From the IMG/VR virus record IMGVR_UViG_3300043764_000051, positions 1-51,494 of that record: a DNA stretch of 51,494 bases; one strand, given 5' to 3'. Numbering within the stretch: position 1 is the first letter of the stretch; each line of letters begins with the position of its first letter. Below the pieces are notes generated by a model. The model was given only the letters and a program-made list of their open reading frames with translations. It searched no databases and was not told the DNA's origin. Both the position numbers and the translations under genes were made by a program. The stretch is from a virus. Lineage: Duplodnaviria; Caudoviricetes. Below are positions 44,565-51,494 of this stretch, one piece after another.

Positions 44565-44597
44565 GCACCCCCTCACCCTCACCTTCGGAGCACCCTC

Positions 44598-45095
44598 ATG
44601 CCCCTCCGCCTCCGCGCCCAGCGCCGCGCGTTCAGCCGTGACGCCTCCCGCGCCTTCGCGACCATCCACCCTCACCGGCCGCGTCACGGCGAGATCGCCG
44701 CCATCGTCCACGGCCCCCACGACACCGCGTGGCTCCTGTCCGGCACCATCAATGGCGGCGGCCAGGCCCGCATCAACCACAAGCGCAACCAACGCGCCGA
44801 GTTCTGGCGGACCGTCCGCATCCGCGTGTCCGCCGAGGTGGAGCCGTACTTCCGCAAGACCTTGCACCTCCTCGGCAAGGGCACGCGCATCGACCGCGCG
44901 CACCGGCAGCAACCCTGGTTCGGCATCGACCTCGACGTGCACATCCCCGGAGCTCCCGCCGACGCCGTCGAGGCCACCCCGGTCTACCGCAGCGTTCGCG
45001 TCAACGACGACCACTACGTGCCGGTCCTGGACCACGTCGAGTGGCGCCGCGCCGACGGCAGCCGCATCGACACCCGGCAGGAGGTCGCGGCATGA
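44598..45095 (+). CDS. hypothetical protein
   Basis: GGAG RBS; high GC3. Confidence 0.6.
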   Translation: MPLRLRAQRRAFSRDASRAFATIHPHRPRHGEIAAIVHGPHDTAWLLSGTINGGGQARINHKRNQRAEFWRTVRIRVSAEVEPYFRKTLHLLGKGTRIDRAHRQQPWFGIDLDVHIPGAPADAVEATPVYRSVRVNDDHYVPVLDHVEWRRADGSRIDTRQEVAA

Positions 45096-45442
45096 CCACG
45101 CCCACCTGGAGCGTCAAGCTCGCTGACGAGATGCGACCGCACACCGTTCGCGCCGACGGCTTCCGCGAAGACGGCGTGTTCACCGTCTTCCACAAGGCAG
45201 GCCAACCGCCGGTGTTCGCGGCGCAGACCTGCCTGATCGTGTCGATCACCCGCGAACCCGACGACGGAGACCCGGAACCCGCCGAGCCCGAACCGGAGCC
45301 CGACCAGCCCATCACGGTGAACGTCAGCGTGAGCGGGGGCGTCCTCTCCGAACGCGACCTCCGCGACCTGATCGACAAGCACCTCACCGAGGCTGCACAC
45401 CGCGCCATACCGCGAGGCCTCAGCGGCCAGTTCATCACCTGA
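45092..45442 (+). CDS. hypothetical protein
   Basis: ATGA-coupled, GGAGG RBS. Confidence 0.6.
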   Translation: MTTPTWSVKLADEMRPHTVRADGFREDGVFTVFHKAGQPPVFAAQTCLIVSITREPDDGDPEPAEPEPEPDQPITVNVSVSGGVLSERDLRDLIDKHLTEAAHRAIPRGLSGQFIT

Positions 45443-45469
45443 CCAACCCTCACCCCAAGGGAGACCCTC

Positions 45470-45745
45470 ATGTCCATCACCACCGAACTCCACGCCCTCG
45501 CCGACCAGCTCAAGGCCGAGGGCCACCACCTCGCCGACCGCTTCCACGCCGCCATCGCCAAGCTCCACGGCGACGAACAGCGCATCACCCAGCAGGCCCG
45601 GGCCGACGCCGAGCAGATCAAGCACGACGCCGAACCCGTCATCGCCGAAGCCAAGGCCGACGCCACCAAGCTCACCGCCGAGGCCACCACCGACCTCAAG
45701 GACGCGGCCACCCCCGCCACCGCCCCGCCGGCCACCGCGAGCTGA
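45470..45745 (+). CDS. helical hypothetical protein
   Basis: GGAG RBS; Ala-rich helix. Confidence 0.6.
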   Translation: MSITTELHALADQLKAEGHHLADRFHAAIAKLHGDEQRITQQARADAEQIKHDAEPVIAEAKADATKLTAEATTDLKDAATPATAPPATAS

Positions 45746-45748
45746 GCC

Positions 45749-46333
45749 ATGCCCCGCGCAGGACACCTCCCCCGCCCATCCCCCGCCGAACGCACCAAAA
45801 CCGCCGAACGCCGCCGCAAAGCCGTCGACATGCGCATCTCAGGCAAACCCTGGCAGGAAATCGCCGACACACTCGGCTACGACTCCCGCGCCAGCGCCGC
45901 CAAGGACGTCCAGCGCGCCATGCAGCAGGCAATCGCCGAACTCCAGCCGCCACTGGAGGAGTTGCGTCAGCTCGAGCTGGAACGGCTCGACGCCGAACTG
46001 GACCGCCTCAACGACCTGTACGAGATCGTTAAGGGGATCCTCGAACGCGAACACGTCACCATCCAGCACGGCCACGTCGTCCTCCTCAACGAACAGCCGA
46101 TCCTCGACTTTGCGCCGATCCTCGCCGCCGCCGACCGGCTCCTGCGCATCGAGGAAGCCCGCCGCCGCAACGGCGAGCGCCGCGCGAAACTCACCGGGAT
46201 CGAGTCGGCGCAGCGGGTGGAGGTGCTGACGATCGATGCCATCGACCAGCAACTCCGACAGCTCAACGCTGAACTCGCCGCTCTTGACAGCGAAGATCGC
46301 GAAGCTGCGGGAGCTGAAACGACTTCGGACTGA
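45749..46333 (+). CDS. putative terminase small subunit
   Basis: AERRRKAVDMRISGKPWQEIADTLGY HTH; ELERLD; RRAKLTG; precedes large subunit. Confidence 0.75.
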   Translation: MPRAGHLPRPSPAERTKTAERRRKAVDMRISGKPWQEIADTLGYDSRASAAKDVQRAMQQAIAELQPPLEELRQLELERLDAELDRLNDLYEIVKGILEREHVTIQHGHVVLLNEQPILDFAPILAAADRLLRIEEARRRNGERRAKLTGIESAQRVEVLTIDAIDQQLRQLNAELAALDSEDREAAGAETTSD

Positions 46334-47843
46334 AGTCGAACAGCGGCAAGCCGACAAGGCATCGCGGCTCGATGCCTTCAAGGCGCTCGGGTTCACGCCG
46401 AACCCCGGGCCGCAGACCGAGTTCCTGTCACTGCCTGACGAGAACCTGGACGTCCTGTATGGAGGCGCAGCAGGAGGAAGCAAATCGACTTCTCTTCTGA
46501 TGTACGGGCTGCGGTCCTGCCACCGCTTCCCCGGCCTGCAGGCGTTCTGGTTCCGCCGCTCGTTCCCCGAACTGGAACAGTCCGTCCTACGCATGCTGGC
46601 CCGCTACAACTACGCCAAAGCCATCGGCGCCCGGTACAACGGCTCCACTCACGAACTCCGGTTCAGCAACGGCTCAGTGTTCACCTTCGGCCACGCGAAG
46701 AACATCGCCGAAGTGTCGGCACTCCAATCCGCCGAAATCAACCTCCTGCTCATCGACGAGCGGACCACGATCCCCCCGGACGTCGTGGACCAGCTTTTCG
46801 TCCGTGTCCGCTCCGGTGTCGCAGGCGTCCCCTGCCTCGGCATCCGCTCGGCAACCAACCCCGGAGGCATCGGCCACTCCCGCGTCCGCACCGAATACGT
46901 CGACGCCACGAATCACGGCGACCGCGAGATCATCGACGGCAGCGGACGGCGCAGGATCTTCCTCCAGGCCCGTGTCACCGACACCCCACAGCTCGGCGAG
47001 GAGTACCGGCGCAACCTCCAAGGCCTCGACGAGAAGCTCCGCAAGGCGTACCTCGACGGAGACTGGGGAGTCTTCGCCGGCCAGGTGTTCTCGGAGTGGC
47101 GCTATGACCGGCACGTCGTCAAGCCCATCACCATCCCCGAGTCCTGGCAGCGGTTCGCCGGCATCGACTGGGGCTACACCGCCCCGTGGTCGGTGCTGTG
47201 GGGGGCCGTCGACGAGGACGGCCGAGTGTGGATCTACCGCGAGCTGTACGGGACTCAGGTCTCCGAGTCCGAGCAGGCGCGGCGCATCGTCGAGGCGGAG
47301 GCCGGGGAGAGCGTGGCCGCCCGGTACGCGGATGACGCGATGTGGGCAAGCCGCGGCGAGGCGAAACCCATCGCCCAGGTGTATGCGGAGAACGGTGCTC
47401 ACCTGCAGCCCGCCGGGAAAGGCCCAGGCAGTCGGATCTCTGGCTGGCAGCGCGTCCACTCGTTCCTCGCCGAGGCCCCGGCCTGCCCGCACCACCGTGC
47501 GCTCGGCTGGGAGACCTGCCCGAAGCTCCACGTCTTTCCGCAGGCAGAGAACCTGATCCGCACCCTGCCCGCGCTGCCGCACGCCACGACCGGCGATCCC
47601 GAGGACGTCGACACCAAGGCCGAGGACCACTCGGGCGACAGCCTGCGCTACCTGCTGATCAACCTCGGCGCCGGGCCGTCGTTCCCAATCCTCGACGCTG
47701 TGTCCAAGCCGGACGAACTGCCGCTGCAACTGCTCGGCACCACCATGGCCGTCCGCACGACCGAAGAACCCACGGCCGATCCGTGGTGGGACGACCCCGA
47801 CCAGCCGCTACGTGGAGGGACGGTGACTCTCCCGTGGGCGTGA
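46284..47843 (+). CDS. terminase large subunit
   Basis: LYGGAAGGSKS, LLIDE, ATNPGGIGH, GIDWGY, EDHSGDSLRY; start uncertain (46236-46284). Confidence 0.95.
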   Translation: MTAKIAKLRELKRLRTEVEQRQADKASRLDAFKALGFTPNPGPQTEFLSLPDENLDVLYGGAAGGSKSTSLLMYGLRSCHRFPGLQAFWFRRSFPELEQSVLRMLARYNYAKAIGARYNGSTHELRFSNGSVFTFGHAKNIAEVSALQSAEINLLLIDERTTIPPDVVDQLFVRVRSGVAGVPCLGIRSATNPGGIGHSRVRTEYVDATNHGDREIIDGSGRRRIFLQARVTDTPQLGEEYRRNLQGLDEKLRKAYLDGDWGVFAGQVFSEWRYDRHVVKPITIPESWQRFAGIDWGYTAPWSVLWGAVDEDGRVWIYRELYGTQVSESEQARRIVEAEAGESVAARYADDAMWASRGEAKPIAQVYAENGAHLQPAGKGPGSRISGWQRVHSFLAEAPACPHHRALGWETCPKLHVFPQAENLIRTLPALPHATTGDPEDVDTKAEDHSGDSLRYLLINLGAGPSFPILDAVSKPDELPLQLLGTTMAVRTTEEPTADPWWDDPDQPLRGGTVTLPWA

Positions 47844-49384
47844 GGAGTTGGTGGCAGGAACGGCGCAACCCACAGATCACGGAACGCGCCTCCAACCAGC
47901 CGAAGAAGCTACCCGAACGGTCCGGCATCGAGTACGGCATCGGACCGGGCGGCCTCACCGAAGCCAACCAGGGCGTCGGCGCGTCCACCCGCTCCGACCG
48001 CCGCTCCATGCTCCAGGAGCTCTACGAGGCCTACCTGGCGTGCCCGTGGTCATGGGCGTCCGTGAACGCAATCGCCCGAACCATCACCGCCGGCGGACTC
48101 GTCACCGACTGGGACCGCGACGACGGCGAAGGCGACCAGGAAGCCCCGGCGAAGCCGCCCGAGGTCATCCTGATGGAGCAGATGCTCGCCTACTGCAACC
48201 CAACGGAGAACATCCGGCAGATCCTCCGCGGCGTCATCACCGACCTCCTGGTGTTCGGCGACGCCTACCTGGAGGTCGTCTACGTCGGCACGCAACCGGT
48301 CGCCCTGTACTCGCTGGACTGCCCGAGCATGCTCCCGATCGCGGACGAACACGGCCGGATCAGCAAGTACGTGCAGGTCACGGATCTGGGGCAGCGCGCG
48401 GAGTTCGAGCCGCGGGATGTCATCCACATCAGCCTGGACGCGCCGCGCTCCAGCGTGTTCGGCGTGAGCCCAACCCAGGCCGCGCTACTGCCGATCACGA
48501 GCTGGCTGTTCGCCGCCGCCACGTCGAAGGAGATCTTCCGCAAGGGCAATCCCCCGCAGGTCCACGTCGACATGCCCGCGGCGACGTCGCAGCCGGACAT
48601 CAACCGGTGGACGAGCCAGTACATGACCCGGAACGTCGGGCCGAGGAACATCGGCATGCCGGTGGTCACCAAGGGCGGCGCGACGGTCAACGAGCTCGCA
48701 TCATCGCGGACGGTCGACTACCTGGCGTTCTTGGACCAGAAACGCGACGAGATCCTCGCCACGTACGGTGTGCCCCCGGCGAAGGCCGGTGTGATCGAGT
48801 CCGGGCACCTCGGTGGCGGCACCGGGGAGGCGCAGGACCGCACGTTCATGGTGAACACCTGCCAGCCGCTGGCCGAACTGGTGCTGGAGGCGCTGAACTT
48901 CAGCCTCGCCAGGATCGGTTTCGGTGTGACCGGATGGCGGTTGAAGTTCCGGGACGTCGACATGCGGGACTCCAAGACGATCGAGGAGATCCGCGATATG
49001 CGCTTGAGGAACGGCTCGTGGGTCCTCAACAAATACAGGACCGAGATCGGTGAGGCGCCGGTCGAGGGCGGTAACGACGCGGTGCTGGTGGACCGGCAGA
49101 ACATCGTCCAGTGGCGCGACATGGACGCCCTGTCGAAGGCCGGCATCGCGATGCGGCTGAAGGGGACGTCCCTCGAACCGGCCGAGCCTGTTCCGGGCGA
49201 GCCCGCACAGATCGAGAAGCCCGAGCCCCGTCCCGCGCCGCCCGTAGCCATCGCACCAGTGCCGGGCGCGCCGCCGGAGGAGCCCGCTGACCGCCCTGCG
49301 GAAACGTGGGCCGCCCGCTACCGGGCGAGGCTGCGCGAGGCCCTGGCCGAACTGCCTGGCGGCCGTGATGACATCGCCGCCTGA
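47834..49384 (+). CDS. portal protein
   Basis: DLLVFGDAY, DVIHI...FGVSP, ILATYGVPP; follows terminase. Confidence 0.92.
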   Translation: MGVRSWWQERRNPQITERASNQPKKLPERSGIEYGIGPGGLTEANQGVGASTRSDRRSMLQELYEAYLACPWSWASVNAIARTITAGGLVTDWDRDDGEGDQEAPAKPPEVILMEQMLAYCNPTENIRQILRGVITDLLVFGDAYLEVVYVGTQPVALYSLDCPSMLPIADEHGRISKYVQVTDLGQRAEFEPRDVIHISLDAPRSSVFGVSPTQAALLPITSWLFAAATSKEIFRKGNPPQVHVDMPAATSQPDINRWTSQYMTRNVGPRNIGMPVVTKGGATVNELASSRTVDYLAFLDQKRDEILATYGVPPAKAGVIESGHLGGGTGEAQDRTFMVNTCQPLAELVLEALNFSLARIGFGVTGWRLKFRDVDMRDSKTIEEIRDMRLRNGSWVLNKYRTEIGEAPVEGGNDAVLVDRQNIVQWRDMDALSKAGIAMRLKGTSLEPAEPVPGEPAQIEKPEPRPAPPVAIAPVPGAPPEEPADRPAETWAARYRARLREALAELPGGRDDIAA

Positions 49385-49538
49385 CAGCCCCTACCGGTGT
49401 CAGGTGTGCGGTGAGGCGTACGTGGTGCCCTCGCTGGCGAGGGACTGCGAGGCACGCCACGGCCACCCTGTGCGGGCCTGCGACGTGCCCGCGCTGATCG
49501 TCAAGCGGATCGCCTGACCAGCAGCAAGGGGGCCGATC

Positions 49539-50498
49539 GTGGCGCATCCGATCGCCGAGTACGCCCGCGAGGCGTACGCGGCCGGCTGGGCGGCATCCGG
49601 CGGCCCCATGACCGGTCGCGTCCGGGCCGGCTGCACGGTCGCGGTTCAGCTGGCGGTCGACCACGCCGAGGACCCGCAGGTTCTCGAAGTGACCGTAGAC
49701 CTCGGCCGCCTTGAGGGCCTGTGGGCCCGGCTGTTCGACCGCCGCCAGGCGCTGATCGACCGTCACGCCAGCGCTGTCGCCGCCGTGTGGGGGCGCCTGG
49801 TCACCGCGCTGGGGATCGTCGAGGCGGTACGGGCGTTCCTCGACAGGGATCGGCGCGACGAGGCCCAAGACGCGGCTGCGGCTCTCGCCACCGCCCGGGC
49901 GCTCCTCGCAAGCCTGCCCGACTCCCCGGCCTGGCCGGCCCTCCGGGACGCGGTGACCGATGCGGTGCGAGACGGCTACGCCGAGGGTGTCGCAGCTGCA
50001 GCAGCGATCGGCGCAGACCGAGCCGGGAACAAGCGGCCCCTCGACTGGGAGCAGGCCTTCGGCGACGCCCTAGCCGCCCTGGACAGGAACAGCCCCGCCG
50101 ACGCGGACAGCGACCGCTGGCTGCGGCAACTCATCGACCGAGCCGCCACTCGGATCGCCAGCACGCTCGCTGGCGCAGACGGCGACACCACCGAACAGGA
50201 CCTCACCGACGCCGTCGAAACACGGCTCACCGACCCGGCAGGCACCGACTTCACCGTCGACTGGGCCGTCACCACCGCAACCGCCACGGCCGGACTCGCC
50301 TTCTACCGCACCGACGGCGCAACCGAGTTGTCGATCGTCACCGTCGGCGACGGCCGCGTCTGCGCCGCATGCGAAGACGCAGAAGCCCGCAGCCCCTGGC
50401 CCGCCGCCGACGTGCCCGAACTGCCGATCCACCCACTGTGCCGCTGCACCTACGTCGCCAGCATCGACCCCAGCCGATACCCGGACTGGTTCACCTGA
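49539..50498 (+). CDS. MuF/gp7-like minor head protein
   Basis: DGRVCAAC...PIHPLCRC. Confidence 0.8.
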   Translation: MAHPIAEYAREAYAAGWAASGGPMTGRVRAGCTVAVQLAVDHAEDPQVLEVTVDLGRLEGLWARLFDRRQALIDRHASAVAAVWGRLVTALGIVEAVRAFLDRDRRDEAQDAAAALATARALLASLPDSPAWPALRDAVTDAVRDGYAEGVAAAAAIGADRAGNKRPLDWEQAFGDALAALDRNSPADADSDRWLRQLIDRAATRIASTLAGADGDTTEQDLTDAVETRLTDPAGTDFTVDWAVTTATATAGLAFYRTDGATELSIVTVGDGRVCAACEDAEARSPWPAADVPELPIHPLCRCTYVASIDPSRYPDWFT

Positions 50499-50520
50499 CC
50501 GAACAGAAAGGGGGACCGCG

Positions 50521-50922
50521 GTGAGCGGCACCTACTACCCCAGCGCCCGCACGCTGTGGACCCTGTCCAACTCCGGACTCGGCCAGACCCTCACCGCATC
50601 AGGCAACAGCGGCACCGTACCGATCAGCCTGATGGACATCACCGACGTGTGGCTCGCCGTGTTCGTCAACGGCACCGCAACCGGAACCACCCCCACCCTG
50701 CTGGTCCAACTCGACGTACAGGACCCCGACGGGAACTGGTTCGCGCAGGTCGCCAAGACCGCCCAGCTGACCACCACACCGAACTACAGCAGCACCTCCG
50801 CCGGCCTCCACATCGCCTCCACCGGATCGATGGTGCTACCTCAGTACTGCCGCGTCGCCTGGACGCTCGGCGGCACCACCCCGGTCTACCCGCAGACGTC
50901 GATCTCCCTCATCGGCCGCTGA
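50521..50922 (+). CDS. virion-associated hypothetical protein
   Basis: Beta-rich, Thr/Gly-rich, within head module. Confidence 0.6.
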   Translation: MSGTYYPSARTLWTLSNSGLGQTLTASGNSGTVPISLMDITDVWLAVFVNGTATGTTPTLLVQLDVQDPDGNWFAQVAKTAQLTTTPNYSSTSAGLHIASTGSMVLPQYCRVAWTLGGTTPVYPQTSISLIGR

Positions 50923-50950
50923 CCAGCCCCTACCTGACTGGAGAATGCCC

Positions 50951-51494
50951 GTGGCCGCGATCGCCACCGTCACCGGGACCGCGATCCGGCCCGGCGTCTC
51001 GAAGAACAACCGCCTGTACACCGCCGAAGCCATCGGGAAGGCGGTTGCCCGCGCGCAGCAGCGCATCGCCGAAGGCGGTATGCCGCTCACCACGCTGACG
51101 CATCACGACGCTGGCGACGACTCCACCCGGATCGTCGGCTCCATCCTCTCCCTTACCCATGAAGCCGACGGATCCGCCCGCTACACCGCGGTCCTGTCGG
51201 ACACCAGCCACGCCCGGGACATCCACAGCCTGATCTCCGGCCCAGCCCCTGTCCTGCGCGGCGTCAGCATCCGCGGCGCGTGGGTCGGCCCGGTCCGCCG
51301 GATCATGCACGACGGTCGCACCGTGGAAACCGCAGACGACCTGGAACTGGACGGCCTGGACTACACGCGGAAGCCCGGCGTCGAAGGCGCCGGAATCGAC
51401 TCGGTCGATCCAGTGCCGGCGCAGCCCCGCGAGTCCGACGGCACCGTTCGAGTCCCCATCAGCGAGTCAGCGCCGGAGGCGACCGTGACCATCT
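50951..51494 (+). CDS. prohead protease/scaffold-like protein (3' truncated)
   Basis: PGVSKNNRLYT...HH...GVSIRG...GLDYTRKPGV.GA. Confidence 0.75.
   Translation, partial: MAAIATVTGTAIRPGVSKNNRLYTAEAIGKAVARAQQRIAEGGMPLTTLTHHDAGDDSTRIVGSILSLTHEADGSARYTAVLSDTSHARDIHSLISGPAPVLRGVSIRGAWVGPVRRIMHDGRTVETADDLELDGLDYTRKPGVEGAGIDSVDPVPAQPRESDGTVRVPISESAPEATVTI

Overview
High-GC actinobacterial (Streptomyces/Kitasatospora-like) temperate phage or phage-plasmid DNA; no host housekeeping genes, rRNA, tRNA, CRISPR array or integrase were seen. Four blocks: (1) 1-18.5 kb, a rightward arm with ssb, a GIY-YIG protein, a replication initiator with internal repeats, a helicase-loader-like gene and about 45 small translationally coupled genes, including a VUT/YhhQ transporter + DpdA-like transglycosylase + nucleotidyltransferase cluster and a permuted NlpC/P60 protein. 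(2) 18.6-30.2 kb, a mostly leftward arm with endonuclease VII, a second initiator carrying five 16-bp iterons, DnaB, an HNH-SF2 helicase triad behind a PafBC-type promoter motif, a Thg1-like 3'-5' polymerase and an orphan FxSxx-COOH peptide. (3) 30.4-42.1 kb, a GntR/KorSA-like repressor, ParB-domain and Xis-like proteins and a Streptomyces conjugation module (DUF2637, TraA-like, FtsK-like TraB). (4) 42.7-51.5 kb, late control followed by terminase, portal and head genes. All family assignments come from motifs recognised by eye, not from database searches.
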